From: Candidatus Nanoarchaeia archaeon
GTDB taxonomy: Archaea > Nanobdellota > Nanobdellia > SCGC-AAA011-G17 > JACPNG01
NCBI GenBank assembly: GCA_028713535.1
Contig: JAQTOC010000002.1
Coordinates: forward strand, 9,090-73,089
DNA: 64,000 bases
Direction: 5' to 3'
The translations under genes were made by a program, and so were the position numbers. The notes beneath the pieces are model-generated. The model was given only the letters and a program-made list of their open reading frames with translations, did not search any database and was not told where the DNA came from. This document shows, one piece after another, positions 29,427 through 39,078 of the stretch; position 1 is the stretch's first letter; the number at the start of each line of letters is the position of its first letter.

Positions 29427-30878
29427 ATGAGGTTAAGAGTAAAAGAGGTTAATCTTTCTGCCGGGCATGTTTTGATAGCTATCCTGAGCAAGGAAGATGC
29501 TAAACATCTAGATGTGAATGCAAATGATAGGATTGATATAAACGGGACAAAGGTAATTGTTAATGTTTCTTCTAAAGGAGTCTCAAAAGGGACCATCGGC
29601 TTGTTTGAAGAGAGTCTTAAGACCTTAAAACTAAAACCAAATGAATTTGTTAATGTTAAAACTTCTGCAAAGCCCAGAGGGATTGAGTATATTGAAAAAA
29701 AATTAAGAGGAAAAAAACTTGAGAAAGAAGAAATAGAGCGAATAATCCAGGAAGTTGTGAAGAACGAGCTTAATGAGGCTGAGATTGCTTACTTCATTTC
29801 TGGATGTTACACCCGGGGCATGAGCGATGAAGAGATAATTTATTTGACAAATGCAATGGTTAAGAGTGGAAAAATATTAAATACTAAAAACAAAAAAGTA
29901 TTGGACAAGCATTGTGTGGGCGGAGTCCCAGGGAACAGGACTTCTATGATAATTGCTCCAATTGTTGCTGCAGCAGGATTTGTTATGCCAAAAACTTCTA
30001 CAAGGTCGATAACCAGTCCGTCAGGAACTGCAGACACGATGGAAACCCTTGCAGATGTTTCTTTGACAAAAGAGAAGATTGAAAAGGTAATTAAAAAAAC
30101 AAACGCATGTTTAGTTTGGGGTGGCGCATTGGATTTAGCAAATGCAGACCAGCCCATAATAAGGGTTGAAAGATTTTTGATGCTGGATATTCAGCCAATA
30201 CTATTGTCAAGTATACTCTCAAAGAAAAAATCTGTCAATGCACAATATGTTATTGTTGACATTCCTATTGGAAAAACTGCAAAGATAAAAAGTAAAAGAA
30301 CAGCCAATGTTTTGAAAAGAAGGTTCATCAAGATTGGAAAGCTTCTTGGTATGAAAATAAAAGTTGTTATCACAGATGGCTCCCAGCCAGTTGGTAATGG
30401 AATTGGCCCTGTTCTTGAAGCAATTGATGTTCTCAATGTTTTAAGAGGGGATGGTCCAAAAGATTTGATGGACAAGTCTATATTCTTGGCAACCGAGTTA
30501 TTGGATTTGGCAGGAGTGAAACATGCCAGGTCAAAGGTCCTTAATATTTTAAATTCTGGCAAAGCCTACGAGAAGATGAAGGAAATTATCAAGGCCCAGG
30601 GAAAAAATGTTCACAGGTTAAAGGTTGGAAAATACTTTAAGATCATTCAGGCATCTAAATCTGGGATAATAAGTGAGATAGATAATGAAAGGCTTTCTAA
30701 GCTTGCCAGAATTCTTGGAAGCCCTGAAGATAAAGGCGCAGGAATTTATTTAAGTGTTAAAAAAGGATATAAGGTAAAAAAACAGCAGCCAATCTTTACA
30801 ATGTATGCTGAATCTAAGAAAAAGCTTGAATTTGCTCTAGAGGAACTTGACGAAAGATATCCTATGAAGATTGTTTAA
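29427..30878 (+). CDS. deoA: AMP phosphorylase (thymidine phosphorylase family)
   Basis: N-terminal double-psi domain, DKHCVGGVPGN, KTSTRSITSPSGTAD, GIGPVLEA. Confidence 0.9.
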   Translation: MRLRVKEVNLSAGHVLIAILSKEDAKHLDVNANDRIDINGTKVIVNVSSKGVSKGTIGLFEESLKTLKLKPNEFVNVKTSAKPRGIEYIEKKLRGKKLEKEEIERIIQEVVKNELNEAEIAYFISGCYTRGMSDEEIIYLTNAMVKSGKILNTKNKKVLDKHCVGGVPGNRTSMIIAPIVAAAGFVMPKTSTRSITSPSGTADTMETLADVSLTKEKIEKVIKKTNACLVWGGALDLANADQPIIRVERFLMLDIQPILLSSILSKKKSVNAQYVIVDIPIGKTAKIKSKRTANVLKRRFIKIGKLLGMKIKVVITDGSQPVGNGIGPVLEAIDVLNVLRGDGPKDLMDKSIFLATELLDLAGVKHARSKVLNILNSGKAYEKMKEIIKAQGKNVHRLKVGKYFKIIQASKSGIISEIDNERLSKLARILGSPEDKGAGIYLSVKKGYKVKKQQPIFTMYAESKKKLEFALEELDERYPMKIV

Positions 30879-30958
30879 ACCCATTCTTTTGGCTCAAAAA
30901 GGCTATTTTGGCAGTATTTGGGTTCTAGAAAAGTTTATAAATAAGTAATCACTTTAAA

Positions 30959-31852
30959 GTGATAACTAAGATGAAACTAATGTTTATATCAGATAATGAA
31001 TTCCCAGAAAAATGGGAGGGAGTGGTAAACACTGCCCAGACAGAAAATCCTTCTAAGATTATTTCATTAGGAGATAACCTGCCTACAGGTCCAAGAGAAT
31101 CTGTGGGTGCTGACAGTCCATTTAAACAAACACTAAAAGACCTAACCAAACAAGGGAAGATTACTAAGGAACAACTTAAGGAAATGTCCTTAGAAAACCA
31201 GTTAGGACTTGTCTATGATACAATGGGGCATGATGTTTTTATGAGTATTTATAGTATGGCTCCTGAATTCATTAAGAACGGTGCTCTTTACATAAGAAAT
31301 TCTTCGCTTCCCAGAATGCTTTCAATCACAGGGAATAGAGAATTTGACTATGAAAAATTATTAGAGTTTATAGCTAAAAAACAAAATGTAAAAAGTGTTA
31401 ATTATATAGACGAACTAAATGGTACTAATAAATTTGATTTACTAACCCTTGCCCGCTCTATGCAAATAGACTCAACAGGATTCCTTCTGATACCATACAG
31501 TCCAAACCTGAAAGAGGTCTCAGAAAGTTTAGAAGATTGTTATGATAAAATAAACGAGATGAATCCAAGCAGGCTCGTAATTTTAACCCATGAAAACCCT
31601 TATCCAGAAGGATTAGGAGTCACAAATAGGCCAGTAAAGACTAAAGAAATCCTAGAAGCTGCTATGAATAAAACAAAAGAAATTGCAACAAAACATGCAA
31701 TATACAAAAGACCTACACTATTTTGTGGGCATTTGGCAATGACTTCCAATCTATATGAAAAAGATGGGGTAGACATCCAACCTCTTTCTGCTGATGAAGC
31801 CATTCTTTATAATTCTGAGAATGGGGGTTATGATAAATTAAGGATATGTTAA
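30959..31852 (+). CDS. metallophosphoesterase-fold protein with divergent metal ligands
   Basis: ISDNE, LGD, GNRE, THE, GHL in calcineurin-like order. Confidence 0.55.
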   Translation: MITKMKLMFISDNEFPEKWEGVVNTAQTENPSKIISLGDNLPTGPRESVGADSPFKQTLKDLTKQGKITKEQLKEMSLENQLGLVYDTMGHDVFMSIYSMAPEFIKNGALYIRNSSLPRMLSITGNREFDYEKLLEFIAKKQNVKSVNYIDELNGTNKFDLLTLARSMQIDSTGFLLIPYSPNLKEVSESLEDCYDKINEMNPSRLVILTHENPYPEGLGVTNRPVKTKEILEAAMNKTKEIATKHAIYKRPTLFCGHLAMTSNLYEKDGVDIQPLSADEAILYNSENGGYDKLRIC

Positions 31853-32925
31853 TTCTTTATTTTTCTAACTATTCCTTTGTTTGCATCAACTTCAACCAAG
31901 TCACCATCTTTAAAGACTTTAGTAGCTATTTTTGTTCCAACAACGCATGGTTTTTTTAGTTCTCTTGAGATGACTGCAGCATGACTTAAAATCCCCCCTT
32001 CGTTTGTGACTATAGCAGAACATTTTTTAATTAAATCAATATCTCCGGGGTTAGTCATATTAATAACTAAGATAGAGCCTTCCTTAACTTTATCATACTC
32101 GTGTTTGTCTAAGTTACAAACTTCTCCCTTAACTTTACCCTTGTAAACAGGATACCCTTTAAGCTCATTCGTGTTTTTATCCACTTCAAAAAACTCTTTG
32201 TAAATTTGGTTGATAAGATTTTTTTTAGTGGTTATAATCTCTTTATCACCTACTCTTATATAAAAATAACCGTCTCTTCTTTGTGAAAGTTCTTTTATTT
32301 TCTCATTAGAAATAATAAATTTTTTTGAATAACTTCTCATTTCATCAAGGGTCAGATATCTTATCAGATCCCCGTCAATACCATTCTCTTTTCCAGCGAG
32401 ATCTGTAGCCTGTTTAAATAATTTTTCTAGGATGCGATAAAGTTTTGCAATATTATCTCTTTTTTTAGAAATATTTTCTACAAGCTCAGAGCTTAATTTT
32501 TCTTTATCCTCTTTACCATTTAAACAACGATGGAAACAATTATAAAGGCCCAGTCCTAAAAGAACCATAGGATAAACCTCAACAATGGTTCTTAAGGTTT
32601 TTTGCCAGTCTTTAACATTTATTTTTTCAATTTGAGATTTACAATATGTAAAGATTTCCTCTGCAGGGTCCATTATTTTATTTATGGTTCCTTTCTCAAT
32701 TAATTTTTCAGTTTCATCAGCAATATACTTTTCATTGATCATCATCTGCATGTCTTCATTCCCTCCAATAGCTGCAAAGGCATCATAACAAAAACCTACT
32801 TTTTGTCTAAGAGGTTTAAAATATGAAAAACTAGCGCAGTTTATAGTGAACAAAGGAATGTCTCTCTTACTCGAGGGTTTTAAACCATATTTTTCAATTG
32901 TTTCTCTAATCTGCTTAATATTCAT
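31849..32925 (-). CDS. PEP-utilising enzyme mobile (phospho-His) domain protein
   Basis: C-terminal TNEGGILSHAAVISRE...VEVDANKG. Confidence 0.85.
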   Translation of the reverse strand: MNIKQIRETIEKYGLKPSSKRDIPLFTINCASFSYFKPLRQKVGFCYDAFAAIGGNEDMQMMINEKYIADETEKLIEKGTINKIMDPAEEIFTYCKSQIEKINVKDWQKTLRTIVEVYPMVLLGLGLYNCFHRCLNGKEDKEKLSSELVENISKKRDNIAKLYRILEKLFKQATDLAGKENGIDGDLIRYLTLDEMRSYSKKFIISNEKIKELSQRRDGYFYIRVGDKEIITTKKNLINQIYKEFFEVDKNTNELKGYPVYKGKVKGEVCNLDKHEYDKVKEGSILVINMTNPGDIDLIKKCSAIVTNEGGILSHAAVISRELKKPCVVGTKIATKVFKDGDLVEVDANKGIVRKIKN

Positions 32926-33009
32926 GTATTTATAGGAACCCTAGATAAATATAAAAACTTAACTAAATAACAATAAAGTTTATATATTTTCTTTACCTAT
33001 AGAATAACT

Positions 33010-33714
33010 ATGAAAGCTGTAATCCTCGCAGCTGGGTATTCTGGAAGGAGTTTTCCTTTGATGAGAGACAGGCCTAAAGCACTTCTTCTGGTTAATGACA
33101 GGCCGGTAGTAGAGCATATTGTTGATAAACTTAAAGAGATAAAGAACATCAATAAAATCTATCTCGTAACAAATGAGAAATATAAAAATTTGTTCAAGGC
33201 CTGGTTGCACCATGATAATGTAGAAGTCATAAGCGACCAGACAAAAGACAAGAAAGAACAGCTCGGAGCAGTAGGCTCATTGAACTTTGCCCTGCAAAAT
33301 AAAAGCATAAATGATGACCTCCTTGTTATTGCTGGAGACAATCTCTTTACATTTAACTTAAATCCATTGACAGAAAATAAAAATAAAATAAAGATTGGGG
33401 TTTATGATCTTAAAGATTTAAAAAAAGCAGCAGACTTTGGCGTAGTAAAAGTTGAGAATAACAAACTAATAGACCTCAAAGAAAAACCAGAGAAGCCAGA
33501 TTCTTCTTTGGTAAGCACTGCTTGTTATTATTTCCCAAAAAAATCCTTAAAGCACATATCTTCTTTTCTGAATGAAAAAGAAGAGTCTGAACTGGGGCAC
33601 CTTATCAGTTATATAAAAGAAAAAGAAGAAGTCTATACTCATAATTTTGAAGGAAAATGGTTTGACATAGGAACAGACTCTAAACTAAGAAAAGTAAGAA
33701 GAGAATATGTTTAA
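33010..33714 (+). CDS. sugar-phosphate nucleotidyltransferase
   Basis: LAAGYSGR..P...PK, GDN, EKP, WFDIG. Confidence 0.88.
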   Translation: MKAVILAAGYSGRSFPLMRDRPKALLLVNDRPVVEHIVDKLKEIKNINKIYLVTNEKYKNLFKAWLHHDNVEVISDQTKDKKEQLGAVGSLNFALQNKSINDDLLVIAGDNLFTFNLNPLTENKNKIKIGVYDLKDLKKAADFGVVKVENNKLIDLKEKPEKPDSSLVSTACYYFPKKSLKHISSFLNEKEESELGHLISYIKEKEEVYTHNFEGKWFDIGTDSKLRKVRREYV

Positions 33715-33867
33715 TTACTTTTTTCTTTTTGATGTTCCAATAAGTTTTGTGATTTTAACGTCTAAAGCAAGTATTCTCCTTTCAAGTATGAATATCCTTC
33801 TTAGACTATAAATCATCCCAACTACAGCTCCGAGCATTACATAAAGAATTATTGTTATTTGGTCCAT
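33715..33867 (-). CDS. single-TM microprotein (50 aa), missed by the ORF track
   Basis: GAGGTGA RBS; MDQITIILYVMLGAVVGMIYSLRRIFILERRILALDVKITKLIGTSKRKK. Confidence 0.7.
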   Translation of the reverse strand: MDQITIILYVMLGAVVGMIYSLRRIFILERRILALDVKITKLIGTSKRKK

Positions 33868-33911
33868 GATATCACCTCTAGAGAATATACGATTTAATTA
33901 GTTTAAATATT

Positions 33912-35642
33912 TTACTTTTTTAGAATCTTTTCTGCTATTACAGCAAAAGCAGGTCTTGTGATGAAAACACCTATTGAAACTCCGATGATTGTTGTTACTG
34001 CAAATCCTTTGACTAGCCCAGCACCAGCCCAGATTAATGGCAGCATGGCAGCAACAGTTGTGGCATATGCAGCAGTGATTATGAAAAATGCTCTTTTTAT
34101 TTTTTCTTTCCAGCTATAATAGAATTCTTCTTTGCCGCCATGGAGTATTTCATCTATCATTACTATCTGGTCATCTACTCCAGTGCCTACTGCAGCAATT
34201 ATTCCTGCAATTGAAACAATGTCAAGGTTCCATTTAATTATCGCAGCAACCCCAAGAGTAAGTATAACCTCGCTGAATAAAATGATCATGACAGGAATTA
34301 AAATTTTAAATGATTTATATCTCAAATATATAACAAGTCCAACACCCAAGAAAGCCAGTATTCCGACAATAAATGCATTCTTGACAAAGTCCTTTCCAAG
34401 CAAAGGAGATATTGAATCTAATTTTTCAACCTTGATTTCAAATGGCAATGAACCAGTTATCAAAATTGTTTGCAGGTTATTCATGTTGTATGTTGCTGCT
34501 TTGAATGCATCTGCTTCAGTTGCTCCGTACCCTGGTCCTGAGATTGCAATGTCCTGTGTTTCAACGCCCTTAAGGTTCTTTGATACTTTTAATGAATCAA
34601 CTAACCTCCCATCTAAATAAAAGTCAATGTTTTTGTCAAGATATTCTTGGCCATTTTCCATAATCACGCCAAGATCCTTTGTTACACTGGCGTGTTTCTT
34701 TGCCACCTCTGGGCTTAACCTCATTGTGAATTCAAACGTACAGGCGTATCCATCCTGATTTTCATCACAGGATCTTATCCCTGCGCATGAGCCATCATCT
34801 CTGCATATAAATGGAATGTCTTCTTTTCCGCCTTCAAATACAACTTCATCCCCGATCTTGGCTTCGAACTTACCCTGTTGTTTGATTAAGTTAGCTATTT
34901 CATCTGATGTTACATCCGCAATCTCAATTAGAACATATTTTTGTCCACTTAGATCAGAAGCAGACCTTATTGTCATATCTTTTAATCCATAAACATTTAA
35001 TCTGTTTGTTAACACTAAAATTAAATCATCAATATCCTTCTGTTGTATGTTGTCTCCAACAGGCCTTAGCAATGCTCTTGTTCCACCTTGTAAGTCCAAT
35101 CCTTTGATTAAGTTAGATTTTTTTGCAGTTCTTACAGTAATCTCAGGAATGCCTCTTGCTAATAAAGCAATTTCCTTCTTGTTTGTTTTGATTGTAATTT
35201 TTTCTTTTGGCAATAATTCTTTTTCAATATTACTTATGTCTTCCTGGGTATTAACTTCTTTATCATTAATCTTCAGTATTATCGCGTTTTTATCAATGAA
35301 CTTGCTTGAGATAACAGTCATATTTTCCAAAGTAAAACCAATGTCGCTTACAGTTTCATAAGTATATGTTTTAATATTAGTTTCTACGCTGAGTTTTACA
35401 GAAGGGCTATCCAGATACTTGACTGCTTCCTGATAATCTGCAAGAGTTGATATTCCCTGGCCGTTGATCTCTAGTATTTTATCTCCTTCTGCTAACCCTT
35501 GTTCTGAATAAATTGTTCCTGGGATTACAGACTTAACCTCAATTCCGTTTGCCCATGGATTTGGAGCAATTGCTAGTGCAGCTATCAATAAGCAGAATAT
35601 CAAAATCCAGATTCTAATCCCCAAATTCTTTAATTTACTCAT
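33912..35642 (-). CDS. secD: protein translocase subunit SecD (with PDZ-like insert)
   Basis: GLDLQGG, RLNVYGL, GSLP, GTGVDD. Confidence 0.92.
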   Translation of the reverse strand: MSKLKNLGIRIWILIFCLLIAALAIAPNPWANGIEVKSVIPGTIYSEQGLAEGDKILEINGQGISTLADYQEAVKYLDSPSVKLSVETNIKTYTYETVSDIGFTLENMTVISSKFIDKNAIILKINDKEVNTQEDISNIEKELLPKEKITIKTNKKEIALLARGIPEITVRTAKKSNLIKGLDLQGGTRALLRPVGDNIQQKDIDDLILVLTNRLNVYGLKDMTIRSASDLSGQKYVLIEIADVTSDEIANLIKQQGKFEAKIGDEVVFEGGKEDIPFICRDDGSCAGIRSCDENQDGYACTFEFTMRLSPEVAKKHASVTKDLGVIMENGQEYLDKNIDFYLDGRLVDSLKVSKNLKGVETQDIAISGPGYGATEADAFKAATYNMNNLQTILITGSLPFEIKVEKLDSISPLLGKDFVKNAFIVGILAFLGVGLVIYLRYKSFKILIPVMIILFSEVILTLGVAAIIKWNLDIVSIAGIIAAVGTGVDDQIVMIDEILHGGKEEFYYSWKEKIKRAFFIITAAYATTVAAMLPLIWAGAGLVKGFAVTTIIGVSIGVFITRPAFAVIAEKILKK

Positions 35643-36510
35643 CTTTGAATTTTTTCCTTGTATACCAGTTTATTAAGTATGAATTTACGCTGTATGTTCC
35701 TATGACGTCTATTATTAAACCAATCATTATGATTAAGAACATTTCTCTAATAACAAAAGACCCTGAAAGCAAGTATCCAAACAACAAGGCAACCAATGTA
35801 GTAGCAGTCATTGTCAATCCTGTTTTGATTGAAGCCAAAGTCCTTTCGTTTATTGTTCCCTCTCTCCTCTTGAATACCTTTGCTGTCAATAAGATGTCTG
35901 TATCAAGGCCATAACAAATAATCAATAGTAAAGCAGAAATTCCTGCTGTTGAAACTCTTATCCCTAGCAAGTTTATTACTGCTAGATTGACTAGCATGTC
36001 AAATACACCTGAAAAAATAACAATTACGCTTGCAACTGGATTTTTGAATGTAATAAACACAACAATGCCCATGAAGAGGAACGCAAATAAAATAGCCTTT
36101 AGCATCTGCTGGTAGAAGCTTGAACCAAGGCTAGACCCAGTTTCCTCAAAAGATGAATTTTCGCTTGTAAGATCTATATTTAGTATTTCAGCTATTGCCT
36201 TTTTTAATTCTAAAGAATCAACCTTTCCTTCAATGGAAAAACCCTTTTGCTTGTCGCTTCCAAAATCAGTTAGTTTTCTGAATACAAACTCAGAATTAAA
36301 CTTTTTTTCTAATTCAGGAACTAGATTAGTAGTATCCACCTCTGTGTAGACTGTGGCTGTTGCTCCACCAGTCAAAGTAACGTCCTTTTTTATTATGTCT
36401 CCTGTTTGAATGTAAGAGTTTGTTAATACTATTACGCTTAGAATAATTAGTATTAACGGTATGATAATTAATTTCTTCTGGTTCTTAAAGTAAAAATCAA
36501 CTATCTTCAT
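35635..36510 (-). CDS. secF: protein translocase subunit SecF
   Basis: TGG, SLGSSF, YGLDTDILL, TGLTMT. Confidence 0.9.
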   Translation of the reverse strand: MKIVDFYFKNQKKLIIIPLILIILSVIVLTNSYIQTGDIIKKDVTLTGGATATVYTEVDTTNLVPELEKKFNSEFVFRKLTDFGSDKQKGFSIEGKVDSLELKKAIAEILNIDLTSENSSFEETGSSLGSSFYQQMLKAILFAFLFMGIVVFITFKNPVASVIVIFSGVFDMLVNLAVINLLGIRVSTAGISALLLIICYGLDTDILLTAKVFKRREGTINERTLASIKTGLTMTATTLVALLFGYLLSGSFVIREMFLIIMIGLIIDVIGTYSVNSYLINWYTRKKFKDE

Positions 36511-36584
36511 CTTTTTTCTGAGTTCTGGGGTGTTTAAAAAGGTTTTGGATAATTTTAAATATTATAAACAATTAGTCATTCTTA

Positions 36585-37226
36585 ATGAAAGTAACTAAAG
36601 CTGATACCATTGTGATATTAGCACTAGTTGTTTTTGTATCTTTCTTTATAATATTCAGCCCAAGGTACATAGGTATGCAGGCTGCAGAATCTGCTGAGTA
36701 TGAATGCGGAGACAGTATATGTACATCTCCTTTTGAAGACGAAATAACCTGCCCAGAAGACTGCGCCAATGAATTTAAATTTCCTTATCTAATCCTTGTG
36801 ATTGTTTTAATCTTGCTTGTTCTCGGTTTGATATACTTTAATCTTTACAAGGGAAAAAAGGATTTGAGGGACATGACCAGAGGAAAAATGCCCTACACAA
36901 ACATAAAAGACTATGATAACTTAAAGGGTTTTGTTAATAAGGAGATTAACCTTGGAACCAAGCTTAAGGACATTACTTTAAAATTAGCTGAAAAAGGCTG
37001 GACAAAGAAACAGATAGAGTTTGTTTATGATGATATTATATGGGAAAAGAGAAAGGTCTTGATTGATCTGACCCCTAAACAATCAAGGAATACAAAAGAG
37101 TTAATTGAATATTTAACTAACTGTAAAAAACTGAATGTTGATGAGGCAACAGTTAAGTTAAAACTTCTTGAAAAAGGCTGGGAAAAGGGTACAATTAAAG
37201 ACGCTCTTAAACAAGTTAAGTATTAA
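36585..37226 (+). CDS. membrane protein with Cys-rich extracellular motif and two cytoplasmic helical repeats
   Basis: CGDSIC...CPEDC between two TMs; KL.EKGW.K..I occurs twice. Confidence 0.65.
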   Translation: MKVTKADTIVILALVVFVSFFIIFSPRYIGMQAAESAEYECGDSICTSPFEDEITCPEDCANEFKFPYLILVIVLILLVLGLIYFNLYKGKKDLRDMTRGKMPYTNIKDYDNLKGFVNKEINLGTKLKDITLKLAEKGWTKKQIEFVYDDIIWEKRKVLIDLTPKQSRNTKELIEYLTNCKKLNVDEATVKLKLLEKGWEKGTIKDALKQVKY

Positions 37227-37266
37227 TAGAAACATTTATAATTAAAATAATTTGAACTTCTTCTGT

Positions 37267-37338
37267 GCACCGGTAGTCTAATGGCTAGGATATCAGCCTT
37301 CCAAGCTGATGATCCGGGTTCGACCCCCGGCCGGTGCA
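37267..37338 (+). tRNA. tRNA-Gly(TCC)
   Basis: GCACCGG/CCGGTGC, TCAGC-CTTCCAA-GCTGA, TTCGACC. Confidence 0.95.
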
Positions 37339-37387
37339 TATCTTTTTAACTAAAACTTTATATAAAACTAAACAACTAAAATTTTAT

Positions 37388-37460
37388 GCGCCAGTAGTAT
37401 ACCGGCTTAGTATGAGAGCTTCCCAAGCTTTAGAACCGGGTTCAATTCCCGGCTGGCGCA
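37388..37460 (+). tRNA. tRNA-Gly(CCC)
   Basis: GCGCCAG/CTGGCGC, AGAGC-TTCCCAA-GCTTT, TTCAATT. Confidence 0.93.
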
Positions 37461-37568
37461 ATTTATTTTTATAATCTTCTAAAATTAACTCACTTTTCCA
37501 GTAAAAATCATCACCAAAATCTATATAAACTGTTAAAAAGATTTTTAAACCAATCAGGAGGGATTGCC

Positions 37569-38546
37569 ATGAATAGAAGAACAATAATAATCTTAGAAAG
37601 AGGCCTTCTCGTTGTTTTGGCTGTTCTTTTAGTAATTTCTATTGTTACGTCTGGATTCAAAGCCTCATCTGGAGAAATTTCCAAAGATGAAGCTGTTACA
37701 AAAGCAATGGATTATATAAACACAAATGTTTTAGGGGGGCAGGTTGAAGCAACATTAGATGATTCATCCTCTGAAGCAGGTTTATATAAATTTAAGATGA
37801 CTATCTCAGGAAAAAGCTACGAGTCTTATGTCACAAAAGACGGTAAGTTATTTTTCCCAGCAGCATATGACTTAACTGCAGAAACAGAACCAACAACAGA
37901 GGAACAACCTACAGAAGTTTCAAAAACAGACAAGCCAGTAGTTGAATTGTTTGTAATGAGCCACTGTCCTTATGGAACTCAGATAGAAAAAGGTATGATT
38001 CCTGTAATAGGAGCATTAAAAGATAAGGCAGATATTAAAATCAAGTTTGTAAACTATGCAATGCACGGTGAAAAAGAAGTTTATGAAGAGTTAAGGCAGT
38101 ACTGCATACAGCAGGAATTTAATGATAAATACATAGATTACTTGACATGTTTCTTGGACAAGGGAGACACAACCGACACATGTTTGGATAAACTAAATAT
38201 TGACAAAACCAAATTGAAAGCATGCGAGGATGCAGCAGACAAGGAATTTGATATCACAAAGAACTTTGAGGATAAATCAAGCTGGTTAAGCGGAACTTAT
38301 CCACAGTTTAATATCTATAAAGCAGAAAATGAAAAATACGGGGTCAGAGGATCTCCAACACTGGTCGTTAACGGTGCTGTAGTAAGCTCGGCTAGAAATT
38401 CTGCAGCTTTGTTAGATGTTGTCTGTAACGCATTCAATACAAAACCAGAGGAATGTAACACAGAATTAAGCTCAGAAAATCCGTCGCCTGGATTTGGTTT
38501 TAGTGTAACTGGAAACGCAGCAGCTGATGCTGGCTGTGCCAGTTAA
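37569..38546 (+). CDS. membrane-anchored thioredoxin-fold (DsbA-like) protein
   Basis: ELFVMSHCPYG, GVRGSPTLVVNG (cis-Pro loop); GGAGG RBS. Confidence 0.75.
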   Translation: MNRRTIIILERGLLVVLAVLLVISIVTSGFKASSGEISKDEAVTKAMDYINTNVLGGQVEATLDDSSSEAGLYKFKMTISGKSYESYVTKDGKLFFPAAYDLTAETEPTTEEQPTEVSKTDKPVVELFVMSHCPYGTQIEKGMIPVIGALKDKADIKIKFVNYAMHGEKEVYEELRQYCIQQEFNDKYIDYLTCFLDKGDTTDTCLDKLNIDKTKLKACEDAADKEFDITKNFEDKSSWLSGTYPQFNIYKAENEKYGVRGSPTLVVNGAVVSSARNSAALLDVVCNAFNTKPEECNTELSSENPSPGFGFSVTGNAAADAGCAS

Positions 38547-38597
38547 TTTTTTCTTTTTTTAATAAAGTTTATAAATAGTTAAAAAGGTCAATAAAAT

Positions 38598-39044
38598 ATG
38601 ATATGTGTAATCGCAATGGTTGTTTTTGGCATCCTCGGTATTTTTTCAGTTAAATACAGGACAATTGCCAAAGAATCATTTGATTGTGTTTTTAGGAGGA
38701 TTACACTAAGGCCGTGTACAACCGGGTTGGATGAAAGATTAAAAGGGCAGATAACAGGAAAATTGATGAAGAGAAGTCCTAAAATTGCTGCATTTACATA
38801 TAAATATTTTGAAGTATTTTCATGGTTGTTTTTGATATTATTGATTGGAAGTTTGGTTTATTCTGGGATTAGTGCTTATAATTTAATTGCTTATGGCAAC
38901 TGTGGTGGTCCGGATCCAGAGGATTTCTGCGTATTCGATCCAAGTACTTATTCTACAGATGAAGCCTGTGAATGTACAACTGATAAGGATTGTACCTGTC
39001 CAGAAAGTGTTTGTAAGTGCCTTGATGGTAAATGTGTTCCTTAG
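38598..39044 (+). CDS. Cys-rich membrane protein
   Basis: Two hydrophobic segments; Cys-rich C-terminal tail. Confidence 0.65.
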   Translation: MICVIAMVVFGILGIFSVKYRTIAKESFDCVFRRITLRPCTTGLDERLKGQITGKLMKRSPKIAAFTYKYFEVFSWLFLILLIGSLVYSGISAYNLIAYGNCGGPDPEDFCVFDPSTYSTDEACECTTDKDCTCPESVCKCLDGKCVP

Positions 39045-39078
39045 AAACCTTTATTAATTTTGCACTTTTTTTAATTCT

